This document shows, piece by piece, positions 43,929-54,004 of a DNA stretch of 64,000 nt. Below the pieces are notes generated by a model. It did not search any database and had not been told where the DNA came from. It saw nothing but the letters and a program-made list of their open reading frames with translations. The first letter of the stretch is position 1; the number at the start of each line of letters is the position of its first letter. A program made the translations under genes and the position numbers. The stretch is taken from positions 26-64,025 of the forward strand of contig REBP01000235.1 in assembly GCA_007692665.1 (NCBI GenBank), read 5' to 3'. Origin of the DNA: Gemmatimonadales bacterium (lineage in GTDB: Bacteria > Gemmatimonadota > Gemmatimonadetes > Longimicrobiales > Gaopeijiaceae).

Positions 43929-44955
43929 GGCGCAGGATCCGGGCTTCAATGGCAAGGGCAACCTCGAGGGCGCTTCTTCCTTCGACCCCGGAGACGGCCG
44001 GAGGGATCCGCCCCATCGCGGCCTCCCGGAAGGAGTCCTGTTCCCTGCGGAGCGGTTCGGCGGGCTCCGCGTGGAGCGGGATGCGTTCGATGATCGACGA
44101 GAGGTCGCGGGCCAGGAGGCCGGCCATGGCGGCCTCGGCCTCGGGCCCGGGCTGAAGCGCAGGCAGGTCCCGCTTGAGGCGGAGGAACTCCCCGGTGCCT
44201 GCGGCCAGGTCGAGGCTCAGGTACCCGGAACGCTGGAAGATGCGGACCTTGCGAAGCCGCTCCAGCGAGACGCGGCTGGAGGTGAGGTTCGCCACAGCGC
44301 CGCCCTCGTAGGTGATCCGGGCGTTCGCGATGTCCACCGAACGTGTCAGCACCGGGGCCCCGGCGGCCTGGAACTCCTGGACCGGACGGCCCACCAGGCT
44401 GCCCACGAGATCGACATCGTGGATCATCAGGTCGAGGACGACGGCGACGTCCGTCCCCCGCTCGGTGAAGGGCGCGAGGCGGTGGGATTCGATGAAGAGG
44501 GGCTGGTCCAGGTGGGGTCGTGCACCGACGACGGCGGTGTTGAAGCGCTCCACGTGTCCCACCTGCACGAGGGCGCCCCCGCGGGCGGCAGCATCGAGAA
44601 TCTCGTCGGCGGCCTCCAGGGAGGGGGCGATGGGCTTCTCGATGAAGACGTGGATTCCCCGCTCCAGGGCGGCGACGGCCACGTCCCGGTGCGTGGTCGT
44701 CGGTGTCGCGATGATGACGGCGTCCACCTCGTCCAGGAGGCCTTCCAGCGTGGAGAAGGTTCGGACGCCGAGTTCCTCTCCGACCTCCCGGGCACGCTTC
44801 GGGTCCGCCTCGTGAACCCCGACGAAGCGGGTTTCCGGGAGGTCCCGGGCGATGCGGGCGTGATGGAATCCGAGGCTTCCCGCGCCGACCACCCCCAGCC
44901 GGAAGGGGCCCGCGGGGGTGCCGCCGACCGTGTCCACCCGTCGGTCGCCCTGCAT
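43903..44955 (-). CDS. Gfo/Idh/MocA-family NAD-dependent oxidoreductase (GnnA-like position in the lipid A operon)
   Basis: ATG at 44955 (ATGA overlap with the lpxA stop). Rossmann N-terminus FRLGVVGAGSLGFHHAR and the EKP motif (VFIEKPIA). Confidence 0.8.
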   Translation of the reverse strand: MQGDRRVDTVGGTPAGPFRLGVVGAGSLGFHHARIARDLPETRFVGVHEADPKRAREVGEELGVRTFSTLEGLLDEVDAVIIATPTTTHRDVAVAALERGIHVFIEKPIAPSLEAADEILDAAARGGALVQVGHVERFNTAVVGARPHLDQPLFIESHRLAPFTERGTDVAVVLDLMIHDVDLVGSLVGRPVQEFQAAGAPVLTRSVDIANARITYEGGAVANLTSSRVSLERLRKVRIFQRSGYLSLDLAAGTGEFLRLKRDLPALQPGPEAEAAMAGLLARDLSSIIERIPLHAEPAEPLRREQDSFREAAMGRIPPAVSGVEGRSALEVALAIEARILRHVADTRSS

Positions 44956-45737
44956 CAGAACGTCACCCCGCGGTCCGAAGACTCGATGAACTCGATGAAT
45001 TCTCCCACCTCGCCCTTCATCTCCAGCTCCTCCCTCACCCGCACCAGCGCCTGGGAAAGGTTCAGCTCGGAGTGAAAGAGCATGCGGTAGGCCTTCTTGA
45101 GGGCGGCCCTGGACTCGGCGGGGAAGCCGCGGCGCTCGAGTCCTACCGTGTTCAGTCCGTAGATCTTGGGCGGGTTTCCCGAAACGCGACAGAAGGGCGC
45201 CACATCCTGCGCCACCCTCGAGAGGCCGCCGATGAAGGCATGGCGCCCGATGCGCACGAACTGGTGGACGGCTACGAGGCCGCTGATGATCGCCCAGTCG
45301 TCGATGGTGACGTGGCCGGCCATCTGCGTGGCGTTGGAAATGATGATCCGGTTGCCCAGCCGGCAGTCGTGAGCGACGTGGACATAGGCCATGAGGAGGC
45401 AGTCGTCCCCGACCACCGTTTCGCCCGACTCCGAGGTGCCCCGATTGAGCGTGGCGTATTCCCGGATCTGGGTGCGATCCCCGATGCGAAGCCAGCTCTC
45501 CTCCCCCTGGAACTTGAGGTCCTGCGGGTCGGTGCCGAGGACCGCGCCCTTGTGAATCCGGCATTTCTCCCCGATCACCGTGTTCCGCTCCACGAGGACA
45601 CCGGCGCCGATTTCGGTACCGGTGCCCACGCGAACCCGGGGGCCGATGATGGCGTGGGGGCCGACCGTGACCCCGGACCCGAGTTCCGCATCGGGATCGA
45701 CGATTGCGGTGGCGTGAATCTCCGCAGCCGTGCTCAT
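44955..45737 (-). CDS. lpxA: acyl-ACP--UDP-N-acetylglucosamine O-acyltransferase
   Basis: ATG at 45737 (ATGA overlap). Left-handed beta-helix hexapeptide repeats and the C-terminal helical LpxA domain (GLNTVGLERRGF...KKAYRMLF). Confidence 0.92.
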   Translation of the reverse strand: MSTAAEIHATAIVDPDAELGSGVTVGPHAIIGPRVRVGTGTEIGAGVLVERNTVIGEKCRIHKGAVLGTDPQDLKFQGEESWLRIGDRTQIREYATLNRGTSESGETVVGDDCLLMAYVHVAHDCRLGNRIIISNATQMAGHVTIDDWAIISGLVAVHQFVRIGRHAFIGGLSRVAQDVAPFCRVSGNPPKIYGLNTVGLERRGFPAESRAALKKAYRMLFHSELNLSQALVRVREELEMKGEVGEFIEFIESSDRGVTF

Positions 45738-47029
45738 CGGTCCATGACCCGGGCCATGAGTTCCGCCTCGGCCACGAGGCGCCCCGACACCCGGGCTTCG
45801 CCGCGCATCCGGCAGATTCCCCGTCGGAACTGGAGGAGTTCGAGCTCGAAGACAAGCTGGTCCCCGGGGGTGACCGGGCGCCTCCACTTCACCTTGTCCA
45901 GCGACATGAAGTAGACAACCTTGTCCTCGGGGCGCTCGATGCTGTCCATGAGGAGAAGGCCGCCGACCTGGGCCATGGCCTCCACGATGAGAACGCCCGG
46001 CATGATGGGGTGGCCCGGGTAGTGTCCCTGGAAGAACGGCTCGTTGATCGTGACGTTCTTGATCCCCACGATGCGCTTGCCGGTCTCGAAGTGGGTGATC
46101 CGGTCCACCAGGAGCATGGGATACCGGTGCGGAAGGTACTCCATGATCTTGGCGGCATCCACGATGGCCTCGCCCTCGGGATCCCGTCGGCTCTCCACGG
46201 CCAGCGTCCGGGCCAGCTCCACGTTGCCCCGGTGGCTGGGCAGTTCGGCGAAGATGCGTCCTTCGATCCGCATGCCGAGCAGGGCAAGGTCACCGATGAC
46301 GTCCCCGGCCTTGTGCCGGACGAACTCGTCGGGGAAGCGAAGCCCCTCCGGGTTCAGCACATCGCTCCCGTTGAGCACGATGGTGTTCTCCAGCGAGCTT
46401 CCCTGCGCACGGCCCCGGGCATGGAGCGCTTCGGCGTCCGCCTGGAACCCGAAGGTTCGCGCCGGCGCGATCTCGCTTCGGAACGTCTCCGCGTCGACCT
46501 TCCAGCTCGCGGTCTGGCGACCGATGGTGGGGTGGTCGAAGGCGATGGCCACCGACAGGTGATACCCGTCCGAAGGGCCCACGACGTAGCTCGTGCCGTC
46601 GCCGGCGTCCAGGTGCAGGGCCCGGCGCACCTTCAGGACGGGGACCGGAGCGTCCAGCTCCTCGATCCCGGCCTCCTCGATGGCAACGAGCCAGGGAAGG
46701 AAGCTGCCATCGAGGATGGGGGGCTCGGGTCCGTCCAGTTCGACGCGGGCAGACGTCACTCCGGCGGCTGCGAGCGCGGCGAGGAGGTGCTCCACCGTGA
46801 GCACCCGGTTCGTGTCATCGGTGCCCAGCGTGGTCCCCAGGTCCGTGGCGAGAACGTGGTCCAGCGTGGCCGGGATCTCGGAAGCGTCCGGCAGATCGGT
46901 TCGCAGGAAGCGGATTCCCCGGGCGTCCGGGTCGGGGTGGATGGTCAGCCGGGCCTCCTGGCCGGAGTGAACACCGATCCCCGTCACGTGCACAGGGCGG
47001 GCTACGGTCCGATGTCTGGCGCCGATCAT
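45734..47029 (-). CDS. lpxC/fabZ: bifunctional UDP-3-O-acyl-GlcNAc deacetylase / 3-hydroxyacyl-ACP dehydratase
   Basis: The LpxC part shows GIGVHSG, TVEHLLAAL, PILDGS and HKAGDVIGDLAL. It is fused to a FabZ hot-dog domain (LPHRYPMLLVDRI, INEPFFQGHYPGHPIMPGVL). The start is ATG 47029 or 47050. Confidence 0.92.
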   Translation of the reverse strand: MIGARHRTVARPVHVTGIGVHSGQEARLTIHPDPDARGIRFLRTDLPDASEIPATLDHVLATDLGTTLGTDDTNRVLTVEHLLAALAAAGVTSARVELDGPEPPILDGSFLPWLVAIEEAGIEELDAPVPVLKVRRALHLDAGDGTSYVVGPSDGYHLSVAIAFDHPTIGRQTASWKVDAETFRSEIAPARTFGFQADAEALHARGRAQGSSLENTIVLNGSDVLNPEGLRFPDEFVRHKAGDVIGDLALLGMRIEGRIFAELPSHRGNVELARTLAVESRRDPEGEAIVDAAKIMEYLPHRYPMLLVDRITHFETGKRIVGIKNVTINEPFFQGHYPGHPIMPGVLIVEAMAQVGGLLLMDSIERPEDKVVYFMSLDKVKWRRPVTPGDQLVFELELLQFRRGICRMRGEARVSGRLVAEAELMARVMDR

Positions 47030-47125
47030 GTTGGCTCGATCACACTCCACTCGGGGACGAAATCGAACCCGGGGGCGAGGCTGTCCCCCCCGGGCCCTGA
47101 ACGCCCGTAATGTAACACCTGCACA

Positions 47126-48241
47126 TCATTTCGACCCCTCCACCCCACGGTCCGACTCCAGCTCCTCCACCCGGGCCCGCAGGGACCTCATCTCCCGGAG
47201 AAGTCCGGGGACCTTCTGGGTCGCCGCGGCACTTCGCAGGAACTCCATCCGGGGTCGTGCGGGGAATCCCATGACGGTCTCGCCCGCCGACACGTCGGAG
47301 ATGATCCCGGCCTGCCCGGCGAGTCGCGCGCCATCGCCCACGACGAGGTGACCCCCGATCCCCACCTGGCCGCCGGCCACGACGCCCCGGCCGATACGGG
47401 CGGAGCCCGCCGAGCCGACCTGCGCGGCAAGCATGGTCCCCGCTCCGACAACGGTATTGTGTCCCAGGTGAACCAGGTTGTCGAGGCGGGCCCCGGCACC
47501 GATGCGCGAGTCGCCGATGGACCCGCGGTCGATGCAGCAGTTCGCCCCGATCTCGACGTCGTCCTCGATCCGGCACCCCCCCACATGGGGAATGTGCCGA
47601 TGGCTCCCCTCCTCGTAGACGTATCCGAAGCCGTCTACGCCTACCCGAACCCCGCTGTGGAGCGTGACATGGTTTCCGATGCGGACACCCGGATAGATCA
47701 CCACCTGCGGAAGAAGCGTGACGGCGTCCCCCAGTTCCGCCCCCGCGCCCACGACGACGTGGGCCCCGATTCGGGTCCGGTTCCCGATCCGCACGTCCTC
47801 CTCGATGACGGCATAGGGGCCCACCTGGACCTGATTGCCGAGCATGGCAGTGGGGTGAACCACCGCGGTGGGGTGGATCCCCGGCTCGGGGGGCAGTTCG
47901 GGAAAGAGGAGTTCGAGGATGCGGCGCATGGCAACGTGGGCGTCGTCCACGACGAGAACGGGTCGAGGCGTCCGACCGGGGCCCGCCGCGAGCGCGTCAC
48001 CCGCTTCCGCGACCAGGCTCCGCGAGACAAGGAGCGCACTCGCCATGGATTCGCTCGCCATGTGCACGTAACTCGCGGAGGAAAGGAGGCCGAGGTCCCC
48101 CTCCCCGGCCCGGTCCAGCGGAGCCATCCCCCGGATCTCGATGCTGGAGCCCAGGGTCGGCACGTCCGCACCGATTTCCCCGGCAAGTTGGCCAAGGGTG
48201 CGGGACCGGGGTGCGCGGGAGCGCAGGGGAAAACTGCTCAT
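47126..48241 (-). CDS. lpxD: UDP-3-O-acylglucosamine N-acyltransferase
   Basis: ATG at 48241 inside ORF 47126..48544. It has the N-terminal LpxD domain, a hexapeptide-repeat beta-helix and a C-terminal helix. Confidence 0.9.
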   Translation of the reverse strand: MSSFPLRSRAPRSRTLGQLAGEIGADVPTLGSSIEIRGMAPLDRAGEGDLGLLSSASYVHMASESMASALLVSRSLVAEAGDALAAGPGRTPRPVLVVDDAHVAMRRILELLFPELPPEPGIHPTAVVHPTAMLGNQVQVGPYAVIEEDVRIGNRTRIGAHVVVGAGAELGDAVTLLPQVVIYPGVRIGNHVTLHSGVRVGVDGFGYVYEEGSHRHIPHVGGCRIEDDVEIGANCCIDRGSIGDSRIGAGARLDNLVHLGHNTVVGAGTMLAAQVGSAGSARIGRGVVAGGQVGIGGHLVVGDGARLAGQAGIISDVSAGETVMGFPARPRMEFLRSAAATQKVPGLLREMRSLRARVEELESDRGVEGSK

Positions 48242-48292
48242 GGATACGCCTCGTGCCTGAACGGGTGGGAAGGACCCGCCGTGAAACGACAG

Positions 48293-48336
48293 CGGACCCC
48301 TTCCCCCCGCCGGAACGCGCGGGAGGAAGGGGTCCG
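48293..48336 (-). other. perfect 12-bp-stem hairpin between skp and lpxD (possible attenuator or processing site)
   Basis: CGGACCCCTTCC (48293..48304) pairs with GGAAGGGGTCCG (48325..48336). There is only a weak U-tract on the minus strand. Confidence 0.3.
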
Positions 48337-48368
48337 GGAACTGCCAGGGCCACGGGGGGCCGCTCGCT

Positions 48369-48896
48369 TCAGTTGCCGTTGCTTGCCATCTGCTGCAGGC
48401 GCCGGAGAACCTCGTCGGTGAGGTCGAGGGCCGGATCCGCGGCGATGATCGAGCGGGAGGCCGTGTCGAAGATGAGCGCGTAGCTTCCCTCGGCGCGAAC
48501 CGTCTCGATGACCTGGGACATGCGCTCGAGAATCGGCTCCACAAGCTCCTGACGCTTCCTCGAGGCCTCGTCGTCGATCTCTTCCATGCGGGCCTGGTAT
48601 TCCCCTTCCTTCCGGCGGATCTCCTGCTGCCGGGCCTCGCGGGCCTCAGGCGTCAGGTTCCGCTCCTGCTGCTGGTAGGCGGTGACGAGCCGGTCGAGCT
48701 CCTCGCCGAGCCGCTGCATCTCGCCCCGGTAACGATTCATCTCCTGGTCGAAAGCCTGCTGAGCCTCGCGTGAACCCGGGGCTTCAGCCAGGATCGCCTG
48801 CGAATCGATGTAACCGATCCGAGGCGTCTGGGCCTCGGCCATCGAAACGGAACCGAGAAGGAGGATCCCGGTGAGGGCGAACGAAAGAACACGCAT
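48369..48896 (-). CDS. skp: OmpH/Skp periplasmic chaperone
   Basis: Signal peptide, then a long coiled-coil rich in Q/E/R. It lies in the bamA-skp-lpxD context. Confidence 0.85.
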   Translation of the reverse strand: MRVLSFALTGILLLGSVSMAEAQTPRIGYIDSQAILAEAPGSREAQQAFDQEMNRYRGEMQRLGEELDRLVTAYQQQERNLTPEAREARQQEIRRKEGEYQARMEEIDDEASRKRQELVEPILERMSQVIETVRAEGSYALIFDTASRSIIAADPALDLTDEVLRRLQQMASNGN

Positions 48897-49001
48897 GATC
48901 AGGTTTCTCCGATGAAGGTATGGCGGCCTGGCAATGTGCCCGGAGCCCGCCCTTGGAACTCGTTTCCAGCGACGCCTGCAGGATTTCGCCCTGCGCGGCC
49001 G

Positions 49002-51488
49002 TCAACCACCCCCCACCCCGCCCATGCGGAAGTGGAGCTGCCACCCGGGTACCGGCTTGTCGAAACCATAGGCGTAGTCGATTCCGATGGGCCCGAAGGG
49101 CGTGACCAGCTGAAGACCCAGGCCGCCCCCGCGGAACATGCGGGTCGGGTCCACCTCGCGGACGTTCCGCCAGGTGTTTCCAGCCTCGAAGAAGGACGAG
49201 ACGGAGATGTTGTCGTTCAGCCGCACCGCGTACTCGAGACCAAGCACCATGTAGGCGTCGCCGAGCCGCTGGATGTCGGAGATGCCTCTCGATCCCCGGT
49301 CGAAGTAGCCGAGGGGAGTGATCGTCGTTTCCTCGTATCCCCGAAGCTGCTGACCAAATTGTACACCCCCGAGCCAGAAACGGTCGAAGGGGAAATCGTC
49401 CGCATTCCCGACCACGGCTCCCATGCGGGTGGAGAGCCCCAGGGCGAACACGATGGGGCGTCCGCCATTTCCGCCGCCGAGCTGCCCCACCGGCATCCAC
49501 CACGTACCCTCGGCCATGTGTCGCGTGAAGTCACCGTCTCCCCCCAGGAGACCGCCGTTGAACTCGGTGGTCCAGGACTGCTCGGACCCCTGGGTCGGGA
49601 AGAGGGGCGAGTTCATCGTGAACCGCCGCACCGAGACCGAGAGCTGGCTCTGGGTACCCGGTGGACGCCCGAAGAGAGAGGTGTCGTCCACCCCACCGGC
49701 GAGCCGGTACTCCGTTCTGGAAAGCGAGTATCCGGTGAAGACCCTGGTGTTGAGGGCCCCGGGGATTGGAACGCCGAACCGGGTCAGGAAGCCCCGGCGC
49801 TTGCGTTCCCCGGACGAAAAGGAGAAGAGCCGGTCGCGGGAGTCGAAGAGGGAAATCGTCCCGCTGACCCTGGATTCCCGCAGGGCCGGGTCCGTGTAGC
49901 TCAGCACGAAGTTGTTCTGAAACCGACCGAAGTCCCACCGCAGGCTGCCGGACTTCGCCTGGCCGAACAGGTTCGGCTGCTCGTACCCGAGGAACCCGGC
50001 GACCCCGGAAACGCCTCCCATGGAGGCCCCGAAGTTGATGGAGCCCGTCTGGCGCTCCACGACCTCGAAGGTGATGTCGACATCGCCGGTTTCGGGATCC
50101 GGAACCACGTCGGGATTGGGGAGGGGGGTCTCGAAGAACCCCATCCCCGAAATCCGCTGGTAGCTGGCAATGATGTCCTGCTGCGAGTAGAGCTGTCCCG
50201 GGAGCAGGTTGATCTGTTCCCGGATCACCCGATCGTACGTGAAGGTGTTGCCCGTGATGTGGATGCGCCGGATGTAGGCCGGCGTCCCCTCCTCCACCGA
50301 CCAGACCAGGTCCACCGTCGGCTGGCCACCGGGCTCCTCCGCCGGGCGGCGGTTGATGATCGGGTCGACCTGGGCAAAGATGTAGCCCTGGTTCGCGTAG
50401 AGTTCTCCGACCCGGGCCGTGGCCTCCAGGAAGCCGGGCTGGTCGAAGGCGTCGGCATTCCTCGACCGACCGGTGATCCCCAGCGTCCGGAGAAGTCCCC
50501 CTTCCTCGGCGCGGTACAGCGCCTCCAGCTGGGAGGTGGGGAATCTGCGATTCCCCTCCACGGAGAAGCTCCCCACCCGGTACTGGGGGCCTTCGGAAAC
50601 CGTGAGTTCCAGGATGCCCTTCCCCGTTGCGGGGTCCACGTAGAGGGTGTCCCGCACCATGGCGAAGTCCAGGAATCCGCTGGACGCGTAGAACTCGGGA
50701 AGGCGGACGGCGAGATCCTCCTCGAGGGTGGCCTCCTCGAACTGGCCGGTACGGAACCAGAGGAATCCTTCGCTCCGGGTTCCGAGCACCCGCTCGAGGT
50801 CCGAGTCGGAGAACGCCTCGTTTCCGAGGAACCGCACCTGCTGGATGGCGACCCGGGCACCTTCTTCCACGGAGAACACCAGGTCGATGAGACCTTCCTC
50901 CTCGTCCACCATGTCCTCGCGGAACTCGACCCGGGCGAAGGGGACGCCTCGGGACGCAAGTTCGTCCCGCACGAAGCGGGATACCCGGGCGGCACGATCC
51001 GGTGAATACGGTTCACCGGAACGGATCGCGAGGGAGTCCCTCACCGTCCGCTCCGGAATCCGGGTCAGCCCCTCCACACGAAGCTCGCGCACACGAGGCC
51101 GCTCCTCCACCCGGAGGGTCAGAATCACGGGGAGCCCCTCGACCCCTCCCCGGACGAGGACCTCCAGGTCACTGAAGAGCCCGGTCTCCCAGAGACGCCG
51201 CTGCCCCTCGCGGATATCCCGATAGGTGATCCGCTCGCCGAGGGGAACGCGGAAGCTCCCGATGATGACCGGGGGCTCGAGGTAACGGTTCCCCACCACG
51301 ACGATGGAGTCGAGGACTGCGCCCACCGTGTCGGCCACGACAGCCTGGGCGGGAAGGGGGAGGTCGGGATCCTGGGCCTGGGCCCGGTCCGGTGCCATCA
51401 ATGCCGCCGCTCCGACGGCCAGGATCGCAAGAAGCCTGGCGCGGCGAAGCGGGGAATACGTCTCGAATGAATACATGCGTACGGACAC
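49002..51488 (-). CDS. bamA: outer membrane protein assembly factor BamA
   Basis: 828 aa with a signal peptide, POTRA repeats and a C-terminal beta-barrel ending ...GWQLHFRMG. The start is GTG 51488 or ATG 51476. Confidence 0.92.
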   Translation of the reverse strand: MSVRMYSFETYSPLRRARLLAILAVGAAALMAPDRAQAQDPDLPLPAQAVVADTVGAVLDSIVVVGNRYLEPPVIIGSFRVPLGERITYRDIREGQRRLWETGLFSDLEVLVRGGVEGLPVILTLRVEERPRVRELRVEGLTRIPERTVRDSLAIRSGEPYSPDRAARVSRFVRDELASRGVPFARVEFREDMVDEEEGLIDLVFSVEEGARVAIQQVRFLGNEAFSDSDLERVLGTRSEGFLWFRTGQFEEATLEEDLAVRLPEFYASSGFLDFAMVRDTLYVDPATGKGILELTVSEGPQYRVGSFSVEGNRRFPTSQLEALYRAEEGGLLRTLGITGRSRNADAFDQPGFLEATARVGELYANQGYIFAQVDPIINRRPAEEPGGQPTVDLVWSVEEGTPAYIRRIHITGNTFTYDRVIREQINLLPGQLYSQQDIIASYQRISGMGFFETPLPNPDVVPDPETGDVDITFEVVERQTGSINFGASMGGVSGVAGFLGYEQPNLFGQAKSGSLRWDFGRFQNNFVLSYTDPALRESRVSGTISLFDSRDRLFSFSSGERKRRGFLTRFGVPIPGALNTRVFTGYSLSRTEYRLAGGVDDTSLFGRPPGTQSQLSVSVRRFTMNSPLFPTQGSEQSWTTEFNGGLLGGDGDFTRHMAEGTWWMPVGQLGGGNGGRPIVFALGLSTRMGAVVGNADDFPFDRFWLGGVQFGQQLRGYEETTITPLGYFDRGSRGISDIQRLGDAYMVLGLEYAVRLNDNISVSSFFEAGNTWRNVREVDPTRMFRGGGLGLQLVTPFGPIGIDYAYGFDKPVPGWQLHFRMGGVGGG

Positions 51489-51493
51489 GTCCG

Positions 51494-53977
51494 TCAGGTT
51501 TTCGTGGCCGAGGCTTCGCGGATCGAAAGGCTTTCGCCTTCGGGATCCACATCCACCTCGAGTTCGGCGCCGGCGCCGTACTCGGCCACGAGGATCTTCT
51601 CGGAGAGCGGGTCTTCCAGGAATCGCTGGATGGCCCGACGAAGGGGGCGCGCCCCGAACTTCTGGTCATACCCCCGCTCGACCAGGAACGCGATGGCGCC
51701 CTCGGTGAGCCGGATGGTGAGTTCCTCGGCCTGGAGCCGGTCCTGCACGTCCTTCAGCAGGAGATGCACGATCTGGGCGATCTCCTCGCGGGACAGCGGG
51801 TGGAAGACGATGGTGTCGTCCACGCGGTTCAGGAACTCGGGGTTGAAGGCCCGCTCGATCTCCTCGCGAACCTTGCCCTTCATGATCTCGTAGGACGAGG
51901 AGCCCGCCGCGCTCGTATGGAAACCCAGTCCGCCACCCTTGGTGATGTCCCGGGCGCCGAGGTTGGAGGTCATGATGAGGACCGTGTTCTTGAAATCGAT
52001 GACCCGGCCGTAGTTGTCGGTGAGGTGACCCTCGTCGAGGACCTGCAGCAGCAGGTTGAACACGTCGGGGTGGGCCTTCTCGATCTCGTCCAGGAGGACC
52101 ACCGAATAGGGCCGCCGCCGCACCGCCTTCGTGAGCGTACCGGAATCCTCGTACCCCACGTATCCAGGAGGTGCACCGATGAGGCGCGACACGGAGAACT
52201 TCTCCATGTACTCGCTCATGTCCACCCGGATCAGGGCGTCCCGGTCCGCGAAGAGGAACTCGGCCAGGGCCCGTGCCAGCTCGGTCTTCCCCACGCCCGT
52301 GGGCCCCGAGAAGATGAAGGAGCCGATGGGGCGGTTGGGATCCTTCAGCCCCGCACGGCTGCGCCGGATGGCACGGGAAATGGCTTCGATGGCGTCCTGC
52401 TGCCCCACCACCCGCTTGTGAAGCTCGTCTTCCATGTTCACGAGACGCTCGGTCTCGGCCTGGCGGAGACGGGTCACCGGGATGCCGGTCCAGCGGGACA
52501 CGATGAAGGCCACGTCCTCGGGCTCGATGGAGGGACGGTTCTTCTTCCGCTCCACCTCCCACTCCTCCTGGCGCGCCCGGATGCGCTGCTGCACGTCGCG
52601 CTCCTCGTCGCGGAGCTCGGCAGCACGCTCGAAGTCCTGGTCGCGGATCGCCGCTTCCTTGCGCTCGGAGATGGCGGAGAGTTCGGACTTGAGTTCCTCC
52701 ATGTCCGGCGGCGGGACCTGGGCGGCAATCCGGGCCCGGGCGCCGGCCTCGTCGATGACATCGATGGCCTTGTCCGGGAGGAACCGGTCCGTGATGTAGC
52801 GGTCCGACAGTCGGGACGCGGCCTCGAGGGTCTCGTCGGGGATCACGACCCGGTGGTGGTCCTCGTAGTGGCTCCGAAGGCCCTTCAGGATCTCCACGGT
52901 TTCGTCGATGGCCGGCGGATCCACGATGACCGGCTGGAACCGGCGCTCGAGGGCCCCGTCCTTCTCGATGTACTTCCGGTATTCGTTCAGCGTGGAGGCC
53001 CCGATGCACTGGAGTTCGCCGCGGGCCAGCGCCGGCTTCAGCATGTTGGAAGCGTCGATAGCGCCCTCGGCGGCACCGGCGCCCACCAGCGTGTGCAGCT
53101 CGTCGATGAACAGGATCACGTTCTGGTTCTGCGAGATCTCGTTCATCACCGCCTTCAGGCGCTCCTCGAACTGGCCGCGGTACTTCGTGCCGGCGATGAC
53201 CGCCGCCATGTCCAGGGCCAGCACCCGGTGGTCCGTGAGCGCCTCGGTGATCTCGCCGCGGGCGATCATCTGGGCGAGGCCCTCGACGATGGCCGTCTTG
53301 CCGACGCCGGGCTCGCCGATGAGGACGGGGTTGTTCTTCTTCCGCCGGCAGAGGATCTCGACGACACGCTCGATCTCCTCGCCCCGACCGATGGTGGGGT
53401 CGAGCTTCTGCTGGCGCGCCAGCTCCGTGAGGTCACGGCAGAAGTGATCCAGTGCCGGGGTCTTGGACTTCTTGTCCCCCTTCGCCGACGAAGGGGGGGT
53501 GCCCCCTCCGCCGATGCCGGCCGGCTCGGATGACCCCGAGTCCGAACCGAGGACCTTGAGCGTCTCGGTCCTCGCATCCGCCAGCGAGATCCCGACGGCG
53601 TTGAGAACCTGGGCCGCGATCCCCTTCTCCTCGCGAAGCAGACCGAGGAGCAGGTGCTCGGTGCCCACGTAGGAGTGGTTGAGCTCACGGGCTTCCGTCA
53701 TCGCGAACTCGAGCACCTTCTTGGCCCGGGTCGTATACGGGAGCTCCCCGAGGGCGATCGTGGCCTTTCCCGGCTTCACGCTCTCCTCGATCTGCTCATG
53801 GATCTGGTCCAGATCCGCACTCAGGTTCGTGAGCACGGCAGCGGCCACGCCCTCGCCCTCTCGAATCAGGCCGAGGAGCACGTGTTCCGTACCCACATAG
53901 TCGTGCTGGAGCCGAATGGCTTCGTCGCGAGCCATGGCCAGCACCTTCCGAACGCGATCGGTAAAGTTGTATTGCAT
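51494..53977 (-). CDS. clpC: ATP-dependent Clp protease ATP-binding subunit ClpC
   Basis: ATG at 53977 (MQYNFTDR...). It has a double Clp-N repeat, two AAA+ modules ([16 protein letters not shown]) and a middle UVR-like coiled-coil. Confidence 0.92.
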   Translation of the reverse strand: MQYNFTDRVRKVLAMARDEAIRLQHDYVGTEHVLLGLIREGEGVAAAVLTNLSADLDQIHEQIEESVKPGKATIALGELPYTTRAKKVLEFAMTEARELNHSYVGTEHLLLGLLREEKGIAAQVLNAVGISLADARTETLKVLGSDSGSSEPAGIGGGGTPPSSAKGDKKSKTPALDHFCRDLTELARQQKLDPTIGRGEEIERVVEILCRRKKNNPVLIGEPGVGKTAIVEGLAQMIARGEITEALTDHRVLALDMAAVIAGTKYRGQFEERLKAVMNEISQNQNVILFIDELHTLVGAGAAEGAIDASNMLKPALARGELQCIGASTLNEYRKYIEKDGALERRFQPVIVDPPAIDETVEILKGLRSHYEDHHRVVIPDETLEAASRLSDRYITDRFLPDKAIDVIDEAGARARIAAQVPPPDMEELKSELSAISERKEAAIRDQDFERAAELRDEERDVQQRIRARQEEWEVERKKNRPSIEPEDVAFIVSRWTGIPVTRLRQAETERLVNMEDELHKRVVGQQDAIEAISRAIRRSRAGLKDPNRPIGSFIFSGPTGVGKTELARALAEFLFADRDALIRVDMSEYMEKFSVSRLIGAPPGYVGYEDSGTLTKAVRRRPYSVVLLDEIEKAHPDVFNLLLQVLDEGHLTDNYGRVIDFKNTVLIMTSNLGARDITKGGGLGFHTSAAGSSSYEIMKGKVREEIERAFNPEFLNRVDDTIVFHPLSREEIAQIVHLLLKDVQDRLQAEELTIRLTEGAIAFLVERGYDQKFGARPLRRAIQRFLEDPLSEKILVAEYGAGAELEVDVDPEGESLSIREASATKT

Positions 53978-54004
53978 GGTGCCCTCAGGGGGAGACAACC
54001 GGCC

